A model generated the notes under the pieces. The model had not been told where the DNA came from, searched no databases, and saw nothing but the letters and a program-made list of their open reading frames with translations. DNA of 64,000 nucleotides from Nitrospira sp. (GTDB taxonomy: Bacteria; Nitrospirota; Nitrospiria; Nitrospirales; Nitrospiraceae): contig SWDG01000006.1 of assembly GCA_005116965.1 (NCBI GenBank), positions 17,553 to 81,552 on the forward strand, written 5' to 3'. Positions 40,504-50,843 of this stretch are shown piece after piece. Each line of letters opens with the position of its first letter. Within the stretch, counting starts at the first letter, position 1. The translations under genes were made by a program, and so were the position numbers.

Positions 40504-43500
40504 CTAAATTACGTTGGCCAAAGGGACTGGCTTGTTTTGAGTATCCTTGCCAAGGAAAGCCTGCAGATGCTTTATCACTTCTTCCACATGTGGCGTGACA
40601 AGGAGCTGCCCTGAATTGATAGCTGCAACCTGCACGGTCTTGCTCCCTTCGCCCCCAAAGTCTGGCCAGACATGTCTGGTATCCGTTACCGACTGAGCGA
40701 CATACCGCTTTGATGCCACGATATTAAGAATATGCCCAGGGTATTTGCGAACGTCGTAGCGAGCCACAGCCTGGAGCGTGGCTCGGGTCACTCGTTCGAC
40801 TTGGAATTCGACAAATAGCTCATCGTTAGCGGCATTGGTTTGCGATAACGACATGAGTCTCTTGTATTTACGTTGGAGAAATGAAACCCAGTCTTTGATC
40901 GGCAAACAAACGAGCCTGGGAATAGTACGCAGTATCCTCCACAGCATAAACAGGGGCAGCCCAAACGTCATCGGCAACCTATAACGATGTGGGCGATATG
41001 TGGTTGGATGCCATGTGTCACTCATCACAAGTGTGACGGCCTGCCCCTGACCGACAAGTTGCTGAGCCATTTCATACGCGATCAGTCCGCCGGTACAACT
41101 ACCAAGGACGATATACGGCCCGTTCGGGCGAAAGCGACGGATCTGTGCAACATAATGACTCGCCATCTCCGGCACCGATGTAAACGGCGTCTCTTTTCCG
41201 TCCAGTCCTCGCGCCTGTAACCCGTAGGAGGGTTGATTCGGCCCCAGCAGCTTTGCCAGCTGAGCAAAGACCAAGACATTACCCCCAACTCCGGGTACCA
41301 TGAAAATCGGTGTCGCGTTCCCGCTCGGCTGAATGGCGACAAGGGATTGCCATGGCGGTGTCCACTGCTCATGTGAAAGTTTCGACGCGAACTCGGCAAT
41401 GGTTGGTGCTTGAAACAGTGTTGAAAGCGGAAGATGTCGCCCATAGACTTGTTCAATGAGAAAGAAGAGCTGGGCGGCTTTGAGTGAGTGGCCGCCGAGA
41501 TCAAAGAAGTTGTCGTGAATCCCGACCTTGTCGATTTCGAAAACCTGTTGCCACAAGGCCGCCATCTGTATATCCATTCGATCGTGCGGGGCAACATGAA
41601 CCGCATCATTAGAGACCGAGGAGACGGGAGAGGGTAAGGCGTTCCGGTCGATCTTGTTATTGGCCGTCAAGGGCAGGGTTTTCAGAAAGACGAAGAGGGA
41701 GGGGACCATGTAGTCCGGAATCTCGGACCGAAGAAATAAGCGAAGGTCCTGCTGGCTTGGCGCAGAGCCCTCTTGGCAGACCAGATACGCCACCAACTGC
41801 TTTGCACCGTGCGGGTCCTCCCGCGCGAGGACTGCTGCCTGACGGATCGCTTGATGACGGCTCAGCGCGGTCTCGATCTCACCCAATTCGATCCGATACC
41901 CTCTGATCTTAACCTGGTGATCCAATCGACCGAGATGCACGATGCGTCCATCTGGGCGATACCGTGCTAAGTCTCCCGTTCGATAGAGTCTTGCGAGGGG
42001 CTCCGGAGAAAATGGATGAGGGATGAACCGCTCCGCTGTTAAGTCAGGCTGTCCCCGATAGCCTCGGGCTAACCCATGGCCGCCGATATAGAGCTCACCG
42101 GCAACCCCGACTGGAGCCGGCTGCAGGAATTGATCCAAGATGTACACGTCTGTATTGGCGATTGGTCTCCCAATGGTGATCTCCCGATCAGTCCGTTCGA
42201 TTCGTTCGACCGTAGACCAAATCGTGGTTTCAGTCGGACCATACATGTTCCACAAGGCGACGCAACGTTCCAGCAGTGACGCCGCAAGATCCGGAGGAAG
42301 GGCCTCCCCTCCACAGAGTACCGTCAGGCTGCTACTACCGCGCCATCCCGCCTCAACCAGCATGCGCCATGTGGCAGGGGTCGCTTGCATGATCGTCGGC
42401 TGAACGGTTTCACAGAGATCACGTAATGGTCGTCCATCCATCGCGACCGCTCGACTGGCGATCTCGACACGGGCTCCAGCCAGCAACGGCACATACAATT
42501 CCAAGCCGAAAATATCAAAGGAGATTGTCGTCACCGAGAGCATGACATCGTGAGCGGTACATCCCGGCTCTTGCCGTATCGAACTCACGAAGTTCACAAG
42601 GGCGCGGTGCGGAATTTCCACGCCCTTGGGCTGTCCTGTGGAACCAGACGTATACAGAATATACGCCAGGTCTTGCGGTGTGGCGATCGGGCCTAGATTG
42701 TGGTCTGCTTCCTGCGCGATGCGGCTCTCCTCGCGGTCCAGACACAGCAGACGGCAGACCTGCGCATCAAATCGATCGGCGAGGGAGGCGAATGTGAGCA
42801 CAATGGCGAGGGAGGCGTTCTCGGCCATATACCGGAGTCGATCCCGTGGAAACTCAGGGTCGAGAGGGACATAGGCCGCACCGGTTTTCAGCACGGCCAG
42901 CAACGCAATGACCATCTCCAAGGATCGATCGAGACTAATACCCACCGTGACACCAGGCTTGGCGCCCAGGGTTCGCAGGTAGCCTGCCAGCTGATTGGCC
43001 CGGACATTCAGCTCACCGTACCGCAGTGCCTTCGGTCCCATCGACAACGCAACGGCATCGGGCGTCCGCTTGACCTGCGCTTCAAACAACTGAGGAAAAC
43101 ATTCAGACTGTGGATACTCTCGTTGCGTGCGGTTCCAATCCTGCAGCATCTGTTGCTGCTCGGGCGCCGTCAGTGTTGGGAGCTCGGACAGTTTACGCTG
43201 AGGATTGGCCAATGCGCTCTGGAGTAGGAGCTTATACTGTCCGAGCATCCGCTCAGCAGTCTGAGGCTCGAAGAGATTGGTGTTGAACGTCAAATACGCT
43301 CTCCGGGAGAACTCTGTCTCGATCGTCAAACTTAAGTCGAATTGTGCGGCTTGCGTCTCCACCTCGAACGGCACCCAACTCAACCCTTGGACGTTGATCT
43401 CCCCTATTGGAGCATTCGGGACATTGAAGAGGACCTGCACCAGGGGGGCAGAGCTTTGGTCACGAGAGGAGTGCATCATCTCAACTAATTTGTCGAACGG

Positions 43501-46500
43501 GAAGTCCTGATTGGCATAGGCCTCTAACGCCGTGTCACGCACCCGTGTTATCAACTCGATGAACGTCGGATCGCCGGAGAGATCGGTACGGAGCACGAGT
43601 GTATTGACAAACGAGCCGATGATCGACTCGACCGCAGATTGAGTTCGGTTGGCGATGGGAGAGCCGATAGCCACATCAGTTTGGCCGGAATAGCGCCGCA
43701 AGAGAATCTGGAAGCCCGCCAACAGGGACATGAACACCGTCGCATTATGTTCCGCGCTGAATTGTTTCAGGCGGTCAATCAATGAGGTGGGCAATTCCAC
43801 CATGCGATGTGAGCCGTTAAACGTTTGTACGACGGGCCGTGGATAATCGGTCGGCAACGAAAGCTTTGACAGCCCGGCCAGCTTCTTTTGCCAATAGTCC
43901 GATTGTGTGCTCAGCCAGTCGTCGGTCAGACAACGTCGTTGCCACACGGCATAGTCGGCATACTGAAGAGGGATCGGTTTTGCCGACGGAATGTCTCCTC
44001 GGCAAAACGCGTTGTAGAAGAAGGCAAACTCATGGCCGATGACTCCGAATGACCACTGGTCTCCGATGATATGGTGCATCGTGAGCACCAACACATGGTC
44101 CTCAGGCTCGACTTCGATCAAGAGGAATCGTGCCAGCGGGCCTTGCTCAAGATCGAACCGCTGGTTTGCTTCCTGCTCCACAAGCTGGGCCGCTTGCTGT
44201 TGTCGTTCCTCGCGAGGCCGCTGGGTAAGATCAACTTCGACCCAATGGGGAGGGCGAAAGGGGTGGATCGTTTGGACTGGTCCCTCACCCTTCATCATAA
44301 ACGTCGTTCGAAAAGCCTCATGGCGGTGACAGATGGCATCGACCGTGCTCCGGAGAGCTGATTTGTTGAGCCGTCCCATTTGCCGTGACGCAAACGACAT
44401 GTTATACGCCGTGCTCTCAGGGGCCAGCTGATACATCAGCCACATACGTTGCTGAGAATAGGACAAGGGGAGTGGCTGATCTCTCGGCACCGGAGTGATC
44501 GGTGGCATCACGGAAGCCTGCTGGTCCTTCTGGCGCAACCGCGCCACTTCTTCGGCCAATGCCGCAATCGTTGGTCGCTCAAACAGGGCCGGGAGTGAAA
44601 CATCAACCTCAAAGAGCTCGCGTATCCGAGAGACGAGCTGAGTTGCCAAGAGCGAATGACCTCCCTGCTCAAAAAAATGGTCGTGGACACCGGCCTCTGG
44701 GACTTGAAGCACGGATTTCCACAGCTCAGCCAGGGACTCTTCGACCTGATTTCTCGGAGCCACCCTGGGAGCCACTTGACCTGTTGTGGTGTTCGGAGCG
44801 GGAAGAGCATGTCGATTCACTTTTCCTGTGGCACTGAGCGGCATCGTGTCAAGCCACAGAATCATGGATGGCACCATGTAGTGTGGCAGTCGAGCTGTGA
44901 GAAAACGCCGAACCTCTTCAAGCCTTTCGTTCAGCGACGACTCGCCGGTGACATAGCCGACCAACCGGTACTGGTCCCGTTTATCCTGCCGAAGCAGCAC
45001 CGCCACGTGATGCACACCCGGAAAGTTACTCAGCACATACTCAATCTCTCCGAGTTCGATCCGATAGCCACGCAGCTTCACTTGTTGATCCACCCGACCC
45101 AAAAACTCCACATTGCCATCGGCGCGATACCGAGCCAGGTCACCGGTCCGATACAATCTGGTGCCGGGCGCGTAGGGATTCGCAAGAAACCGCTCTTGGG
45201 TCAATTGCGGCTGGTTGACATAGCCGCGGGCCAGACACTCTCCCGCGATATAAAGTTCTCCCGGCACGCCGATCGGCATCAGTTGCAGACTTGCATCCAG
45301 CACATACAGTTGCATGTGGGCAATGGGTTTGCCGATTGGAACGCGGGCTGCAGCTTCGTCCCGAGTCGTGTGATATACGCTACACCAGACCGTGGCTTCC
45401 GTCGGTCCATATTCGTTGTACAGCGTGGCATGGGGCAGGAGTTCGTAATGTCGTCGCACGAGTTCAAGGGGCAGGCTTTCTCCGGCCGTAATGCTGATAC
45501 GAAGCGATTCCAGCTGAGCACTTAACGCCTCGCCCAGCACGGCGTGGTACAAAGAAGGAACCCACACGATGTGTGAGATGCGATGGTGCTCGATGAGCGA
45601 CGCAAGCTCCGTTGGGTCGCGATGGGCGGTCTCCGGTGGAATGACCAGTTCCCCCCCCTGCAGCAACGTCCAAAATATACCTGTCACAGACCCATCAAAG
45701 GCCAGAGAGAAGGTCAGTAGGAATCGGGATACCGGGTCCGGATAGTACTGCAGTCTGGCATGTAGAGAGGTCACCAGGCTGCGGTGTGTCACGGCCACAC
45801 CCTTGGGTCTTCCTGTCGAACCCGAGGTGTAGATGATATAGGCGAGCTGATCCGGGGAGACCGAAAGCGCGAGGTTCCCCTCCTCCGCTCCGCTTCCTGT
45901 GGGTGCAGAGAGGGTTTCTACATCACAGATCTGGCCGCCATAGCTCTGTATATGGTGACGGAGATGCGCCTGTGTAACGACGATGGAAACGTGCGAGTCC
46001 TCCAGCATGAGCTGGAGACGATGATCAGGGAAGGACGGATCCAGGGGAACATACCCGCCTCCTGCTTTGAGAATACCTACGAGGCCCACGAGGGCATCTA
46101 CCGAGCGCTCGACACAGAGCCCCACCGGGAGATCCGCACCGACCCCCAATTTCTGTAGGGCGCGAGCAACTCGATTCGCTCGTCGGTTCAGCTCTTGGTA
46201 GCTGATGGACTGGTCTCCGCACGTGACGGCGAGTGCCAGGGGAGTCCGTTCCACCTGTGCCTCAATGAGTGTATGGATACTAGAGGCCTGGGCGGACGGT
46301 TCGTCCCACGTCAACTGAATGTTCTGTCGCTCCTCGGCGGTGAGGAATGACAGTTGATCAAGGCGGGCCTCAGGTTTCTTGAGAAATTCCTCAAGCAAGA
46401 TCTCCAGCTGTCCCAGCATTCGGTCCACCGTCGAATCGTCAAAAATCGTCGAGTCATGGAGAAACGCCAGTTCCAGGCCATGCGCCGTATTCACGACCAT

Positions 46501-49500
46501 TAACACGAGGTCGAACTCTGATGCAGTCGGCTCCCAAGGGAGATGCGTGACCTCAAGATTCCTGACGGTGAACGTGGACAAGGGGTCGTCCTCACACACG
46601 ATCATCACATTGAAGAGTGGAGACAGGGATCGCTCACGTTGTAACGACAGTGCCTCGATTACCTCCTCAAATGGGAGTTCTTGGTGGTCATAGGCCTGCA
46701 CCACTATACGGCGTATCTGTTTCAACAACTCGTGTCCTGTCAGCCCATCCGACACCTCAGATCGCAACGCCACCGTATTGACGCAATACCCCATCACGTC
46801 TTCGAGCTCTCTCCGACGCCTGCCGGCCACGATCGATCCAATGACGATATCCGACTCGTGTGTGTAACGATGGAGCCACGTCGCAAAGACGGCGTACAGC
46901 ACCATGAACGTCGTGAGGCTCTGGCGTTGGCAGAAATGATCGAGACGGGTTGAAAGCTCTGGAGGGAGCGATCGGGACCGCACGCCTCCCTCGAACGTGC
47001 GCACCCTCGGCCGCTGACGATCGACCGGTAGTTCAGCGGGTGGTCGGGCACCGCTCAATTGCCCGATCCAGTAGGCTTGATGGACTTCACGAAGGCCTTG
47101 ATCCAGCCTGGTTCTCTGCCAATCGGCATAGTCCGCATACTGAACGGTCAGCGTGGGCAGTAGAGCCTTGTGAACATCACCACCGGCTTCCCACAGAAGG
47201 GCCAGCTCCTTCCAGAAGATACGGAGAGACCACCCGTCAGCGACGAGGCGGTGGAATGTCACGGTCAGGACATGCACGTCTTGCTCAAGCGCCAGCAGAG
47301 TCAGCCTCCATAGCGGTCCCTGTCGTAAGTCGAATGGCCGGTTCCTCTCCGTTCGTAGGAATTGCTGCACCTGAATGTCTTGCGCCGCAGGGGCTAATCC
47401 TTGGAAATCTTGCCGTCCTATCGTGACAATCGCCTCAGAAGACACTCCCGCGAATCCTTCCCCTCGCTCCGATCCGAAACGCGTTCGAAGAATCTCGTGG
47501 CGACGGGCGATTTCCCGTACCGACCGCTCCAATACCTCAGGGTTGACCGGTCCACGGATGCGTACGCTCATGGAAATATGATTGATCGCGCTCCCAGGAT
47601 GCACTTGCTCTAAGAACCAGAGTCGCTGCTGAGATGGGCTGAGAGGAATTCTGCCTTCCCTTCTGGATGTCGAGCGAAGCGGAATGCGCGGAATCCCAGC
47701 CCTGCCGCCTTCTGCGTCATCTGGACTCGTACTCAGTTCATCGATCCGAGTGGCCAGTGCGAACAAGGTCGGACATTCGAACAGCACGCTGAGGGGGAGT
47801 TCGACGTGGAAGACGTCGAGGATACGCGCCACAACCTGTGCGGCAAGGAGCGAATTGCCGCCGAGTGAGAAGAAGTTCGCGTGACGGTGCGGAAGGGGTC
47901 CTCCAAGCACCTCGTGCCAGATATCGGCCAGCCCTGTTTCGAGAGCGGTTTGCGGACTCTCATTCGAGACTCCGTCGGTTTCAACATTCTGATCGGAATC
48001 CAACGTGTTTTCTCTGACGACGGCAAGCTGGCCAGCCTCAAAGGCGGCCTTGCAGGCGCCTCGTTGAATTTTTCCGCTCGAGGTTCGTGGGATTGTGCCG
48101 GACTTGATCAGTACCACGGTGTGGAGTTCGAGTTCATACTCATCCGCCAGCGCACGACGGATGCAGTTCACCACGTCCATCAAATCGGATTCGGACACCT
48201 GCTTCTCGATCTCATGGACCAGCGCCACACGTTCTCCGGTCTTGTCCTCAATCGAGAAGGCCGCTCCATATCCTCGTCGCAAGCCGGGGTGCGCGTGCTG
48301 GGCCGACCACTCCAGATCGTGGGGATAATAGTTCCGCCCACGCACGATGATCAGATCCTTGAGGCGTCCGGTCAGGAACAGCTCTCCGCTGTGGATAAAT
48401 CCCAGATCGCCGGTCCGTAAATAGGGACCCTCACCTGACCCAGTAAGAGCGGCGTTAAATGTGGCATCCGTTTCTTCTGGTTTGCCCCAGTATCCAGCGC
48501 CGATCCCGGTTCCGGCCAGCCACACCTCTCCTACGAAGCCTGATGGGCATTCAGCGTGAGTCACAGGATTCACAATCCGTACATGCGTTTCTTCAAGAGG
48601 TTCTCCGCATCCGACCAATGTTCGGGTTCCCTGTTCCGAGGCGGGAGCCTCTTTGATGATCGAGTCGGCCAACGCCTCAGCCTCAACACGCAAGAAGCTC
48701 GGCTCCGCATCGGCCCGCTTCACTGTCACCAAGAGCGTGGCTTCTGCAAGTCCATACGCCGGGGCAAACGTCGTTCGCCGGAATCCCCGTGGACCAAAGG
48801 TGTCGATAAACTGCTCCACTGTCTCCGGACGGATGGGTTCGGCGCCGCAACTGGCGACCAGCCACGTGCTCAAGTCAGCCTGCCATCCTGGCTGTTGCCG
48901 CACAGCCCTGAGACACGCCTCATAGGAAAAATTCGGTCCCCCGCTGTGGGTAATCTCAAATCGAGACACCGCATCGAGCCAGCGTAATGGCCGCCGGAGG
49001 AACGTGACGGGTGACATCAGATAGGCAGGAATGCCGGCGTAGAACGGGGCGAGGATTCCGTGCAGTAATCCATAGTCATGAAAATACGGCAACCAGCAGA
49101 GCGACCGGCTGCGGTCCGATACGTCTCCGGCCAGACTCAAGGCCCTGCAGTGAGCGAGTACATTTCCCTGGCTGATCATGACACCGCGAGGCGTGGCCGT
49201 CGATCCAGAGGTGTATTGCAGGTAGGCGAGGGCGTTGTCGTGTGGCTGTGGCCACTCAATCGAGTCGCTTGACTCGTAGGGTTGATCGGTCGTCACCCAC
49301 GTGATCGGACCCGTCTCATTGGCGAGTGAAAGTTCCGAAGACAACGCCGTGCTACGTGAAGTCGTGAGGACCAGCGAGACCCGGGCATCCTCGATAATAC
49401 TGCGCAGTCTGGGCAGCGCATGTTTCCGCCTGATGGGGTCGGGAGCCGGAGCAGGAACTGGGACAAGCCCGGCACAGACACAGGCCCAAAACGCGCATGC

Positions 49501-49896
49501 GACATCGAGTCCCTGAGGGTAGAGCAGAAGGGCTCTGGTTCCCGGTCGAGCCACGTGTGTGAGATGGCCGGCGAGCGAACGTACGGTCCCTTCGAGTTGC
49601 GCATAGGTCAGCTGATGCTCAATCTCGAGGTTGTCACGAAGCAGCGCATAGGCCAGAGCCGCTGGCTGGTGGCGGCATCGATGCTCGAAGAGATCAGGGA
49701 GGTTGTGGATCGCCCGAGGTGGAAGTTTAGACATGGATGCGAGACACAGGCTGCCCTTGAATCGCTCAGAATAGCCGCGATCACCTATCTGTCTAGCGAC
49801 GAGTACAACCGTAGAATGGTTGATGATAAATGAAAAGAATTTCTCGTTTTTCAACCGGTCCAGAAATTGACCACCGTGTAGTGTGGCAGTCCTCAT
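40504..49896 (-). CDS. Nonribosomal peptide synthetase FAAL-ACP-C-A-PCP-C-A(Gly)-PCP-TE (true start possibly 49734)
   Basis: FAAL: LQYTSGST, WLP.FHDYGL, YGLAEATL. Carriers: GGNSL, GGHSL x2. C domains: HRLVADG, HHIIGDQ. A domains: YTSGSTG, YGPTE, RTGD. TE: GSCTGG. Confidence 0.96.
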   Translation of the reverse strand: MRTATLHGGQFLDRLKNEKFFSFIINHSTVVLVARQIGDRGYSERFKGSLCLASMSKLPPRAIHNLPDLFEHRCRHQPAALAYALLRDNLEIEHQLTYAQLEGTVRSLAGHLTHVARPGTRALLLYPQGLDVACAFWACVCAGLVPVPAPAPDPIRRKHALPRLRSIIEDARVSLVLTTSRSTALSSELSLANETGPITWVTTDQPYESSDSIEWPQPHDNALAYLQYTSGSTATPRGVMISQGNVLAHCRALSLAGDVSDRSRSLCWLPYFHDYGLLHGILAPFYAGIPAYLMSPVTFLRRPLRWLDAVSRFEITHSGGPNFSYEACLRAVRQQPGWQADLSTWLVASCGAEPIRPETVEQFIDTFGPRGFRRTTFAPAYGLAEATLLVTVKRADAEPSFLRVEAEALADSIIKEAPASEQGTRTLVGCGEPLEETHVRIVNPVTHAECPSGFVGEVWLAGTGIGAGYWGKPEETDATFNAALTGSGEGPYLRTGDLGFIHSGELFLTGRLKDLIIVRGRNYYPHDLEWSAQHAHPGLRRGYGAAFSIEDKTGERVALVHEIEKQVSESDLMDVVNCIRRALADEYELELHTVVLIKSGTIPRTSSGKIQRGACKAAFEAGQLAVVRENTLDSDQNVETDGVSNESPQTALETGLADIWHEVLGGPLPHRHANFFSLGGNSLLAAQVVARILDVFHVELPLSVLFECPTLFALATRIDELSTSPDDAEGGRAGIPRIPLRSTSRREGRIPLSPSQQRLWFLEQVHPGSAINHISMSVRIRGPVNPEVLERSVREIARRHEILRTRFGSERGEGFAGVSSEAIVTIGRQDFQGLAPAAQDIQVQQFLRTERNRPFDLRQGPLWRLTLLALEQDVHVLTVTFHRLVADGWSLRIFWKELALLWEAGGDVHKALLPTLTVQYADYADWQRTRLDQGLREVHQAYWIGQLSGARPPAELPVDRQRPRVRTFEGGVRSRSLPPELSTRLDHFCQRQSLTTFMVLYAVFATWLHRYTHESDIVIGSIVAGRRRRELEDVMGYCVNTVALRSEVSDGLTGHELLKQIRRIVVQAYDHQELPFEEVIEALSLQRERSLSPLFNVMIVCEDDPLSTFTVRNLEVTHLPWEPTASEFDLVLMVVNTAHGLELAFLHDSTIFDDSTVDRMLGQLEILLEEFLKKPEARLDQLSFLTAEERQNIQLTWDEPSAQASSIHTLIEAQVERTPLALAVTCGDQSISYQELNRRANRVARALQKLGVGADLPVGLCVERSVDALVGLVGILKAGGGYVPLDPSFPDHRLQLMLEDSHVSIVVTQAHLRHHIQSYGGQICDVETLSAPTGSGAEEGNLALSVSPDQLAYIIYTSGSTGRPKGVAVTHRSLVTSLHARLQYYPDPVSRFLLTFSLAFDGSVTGIFWTLLQGGELVIPPETAHRDPTELASLIEHHRISHIVWVPSLYHAVLGEALSAQLESLRISITAGESLPLELVRRHYELLPHATLYNEYGPTEATVWCSVYHTTRDEAAARVPIGKPIAHMQLYVLDASLQLMPIGVPGELYIAGECLARGYVNQPQLTQERFLANPYAPGTRLYRTGDLARYRADGNVEFLGRVDQQVKLRGYRIELGEIEYVLSNFPGVHHVAVLLRQDKRDQYRLVGYVTGESSLNERLEEVRRFLTARLPHYMVPSMILWLDTMPLSATGKVNRHALPAPNTTTGQVAPRVAPRNQVEESLAELWKSVLQVPEAGVHDHFFEQGGHSLLATQLVSRIRELFEVDVSLPALFERPTIAALAEEVARLRQKDQQASVMPPITPVPRDQPLPLSYSQQRMWLMYQLAPESTAYNMSFASRQMGRLNKSALRSTVDAICHRHEAFRTTFMMKGEGPVQTIHPFRPPHWVEVDLTQRPREERQQQAAQLVEQEANQRFDLEQGPLARFLLIEVEPEDHVLVLTMHHIIGDQWSFGVIGHEFAFFYNAFCRGDIPSAKPIPLQYADYAVWQRRCLTDDWLSTQSDYWQKKLAGLSKLSLPTDYPRPVVQTFNGSHRMVELPTSLIDRLKQFSAEHNATVFMSLLAGFQILLRRYSGQTDVAIGSPIANRTQSAVESIIGSFVNTLVLRTDLSGDPTFIELITRVRDTALEAYANQDFPFDKLVEMMHSSRDQSSAPLVQVLFNVPNAPIGEINVQGLSWVPFEVETQAAQFDLSLTIETEFSRRAYLTFNTNLFEPQTAERMLGQYKLLLQSALANPQRKLSELPTLTAPEQQQMLQDWNRTQREYPQSECFPQLFEAQVKRTPDAVALSMGPKALRYGELNVRANQLAGYLRTLGAKPGVTVGISLDRSLEMVIALLAVLKTGAAYVPLDPEFPRDRLRYMAENASLAIVLTFASLADRFDAQVCRLLCLDREESRIAQEADHNLGPIATPQDLAYILYTSGSTGQPKGVEIPHRALVNFVSSIRQEPGCTAHDVMLSVTTISFDIFGLELYVPLLAGARVEIASRAVAMDGRPLRDLCETVQPTIMQATPATWRMLVEAGWRGSSSLTVLCGGEALPPDLAASLLERCVALWNMYGPTETTIWSTVERIERTDREITIGRPIANTDVYILDQFLQPAPVGVAGELYIGGHGLARGYRGQPDLTAERFIPHPFSPEPLARLYRTGDLARYRPDGRIVHLGRLDHQVKIRGYRIELGEIETALSRHQAIRQAAVLAREDPHGAKQLVAYLVCQEGSAPSQQDLRLFLRSEIPDYMVPSLFVFLKTLPLTANNKIDRNALPSPVSSVSNDAVHVAPHDRMDIQMAALWQQVFEIDKVGIHDNFFDLGGHSLKAAQLFFLIEQVYGRHLPLSTLFQAPTIAEFASKLSHEQWTPPWQSLVAIQPSGNATPIFMVPGVGGNVLVFAQLAKLLGPNQPSYGLQARGLDGKETPFTSVPEMASHYVAQIRRFRPNGPYIVLGSCTGGLIAYEMAQQLVGQGQAVTLVMSDTWHPTTYRPHRYRLPMTFGLPLFMLWRILRTIPRLVCLPIKDWVSFLQRKYKRLMSLSQTNAANDELFVEFQVERVTRATLQAVARYDVRKYPGHILNIVASKRYVAQSVTDTRHVWPDFGGEGSKTVQVAAINSGQLLVTPHVEEVIKHLQAFLGKDTQNKPVPLANVI

Positions 49897-49955
49897 GTCT
49901 GAATGAAGAACGCTGTTTGCAAACTGACGTGCAGGTCATGCTCCGCAGTGAAGGC

Positions 49956-49972
49956 TGTGGCATCTTGCGACA
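49956..49972. promoter_or_regulatory. Putative upstream activating sequence for a sigma54 activator
   Basis: TGTGGCA-TCT-TGCGACA, 141 nt before the -24 element. Confidence 0.55.
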
Positions 49973-50096
49973 GTAGGCGAGGAGGCACCGGGGTATTTGT
50001 CACCAGCTCAATCCCTTATTTCCCGCACCATCCTAGCAAAACAATATAACTAATTGAATAATAATGAGAAAGCTCTCTAGATTCGTTGAGAGGCAA

Positions 50097-50112
50097 TGGC
50101 ACATTGATCGCA
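50097..50112 (+). promoter_or_regulatory. Sigma54 (-24/-12) promoter
   Basis: TGGCA-CATTGA-TCGCA; AT-rich IHF-like site at 50047-50059; ATG at 50139. Confidence 0.62.
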
Positions 50113-50138
50113 AGGTTTGGTCCTCGAAGGGAGCACAC

Positions 50139-50528
50139 ATGCAGACTACTGGACGACTGGTGGCGTGTTGCGCAGTGTTAGCCGGTATGTCGGGGTTGGG
50201 CTTCAGCAATCTTGGGGTGAAGGAGTTTGCTGTCACGGCCAAGGGTGGTGATCCAGTTAGTGGACGCGAAATCTACGTGAACACCTGCATCCGCTGCCAC
50301 GGAATCGACGGGAAAGGCGCACTAGGAATCAAACTTGTTCCACCTCCGGCGGATCTGACCTCGCTCACTATTCAAAGTCGGCTCGATGGGACCTTATTTC
50401 GACGGATTCACGAAGGCAAACCGAATACCGCCATGGGTGCGTGGAAACATGCGCTCTCCGATGAAGAAATTTGGGATGTCTTGGCCTATGTGCGCACATT
50501 CAGGGTCGAGTCGGGTGGGCAACCATAA
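50139..50528 (+). CDS. Monoheme c-type cytochrome
   Basis: Signal peptide, CIRCH, AMGAW. Confidence 0.9.
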   Translation: MQTTGRLVACCAVLAGMSGLGFSNLGVKEFAVTAKGGDPVSGREIYVNTCIRCHGIDGKGALGIKLVPPPADLTSLTIQSRLDGTLFRRIHEGKPNTAMGAWKHALSDEEIWDVLAYVRTFRVESGGQP

Positions 50529-50614
50529 AGTTGAATCCAATAGGTGGGAGTTGTCTCATACGAGTGTGTCAGGAAAATACAATCAACTCCATTTTTCGAT
50601 GAGGAGGTAATGTC

Positions 50615-50833
50615 ATGACGTGCAATGTTGGAGGGATTGAGAGACCTATACGAATTGGAGCAGGGCTCGTGGCAATCATCATCGGGCTTTTTGCAGGGCT
50701 CTCGACTACGATGTCGGGGGCTGCTCTTGCTGTTGGGGTCATCCTCCTGTTCACCGGGGCAATGGGATTTTGCCCGTTGTTTACCTTACTTGGGATTAAT
50801 ACCTGCACTCCGGCATCCGGTGTGAAGAAATGA
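50615..50833 (+). CDS. DUF2892/YgaP-family small membrane protein
   Basis: NVGGIER..R, GFCPLFTLLGINTC; RBS GAGGAGG. Confidence 0.88.
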   Translation: MTCNVGGIERPIRIGAGLVAIIIGLFAGLSTTMSGAALAVGVILLFTGAMGFCPLFTLLGINTCTPASGVKK

Positions 50834-50843
50834 GGCCCACTCT

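Noticed and set aside
40504..49896. Pyoverdine-like siderophore cluster
   Set aside because: Despite the FAAL start and PvdE-like exporter, there are only two modules and no chromophore, hydroxamate, TonB-receptor or MbtH genes nearby
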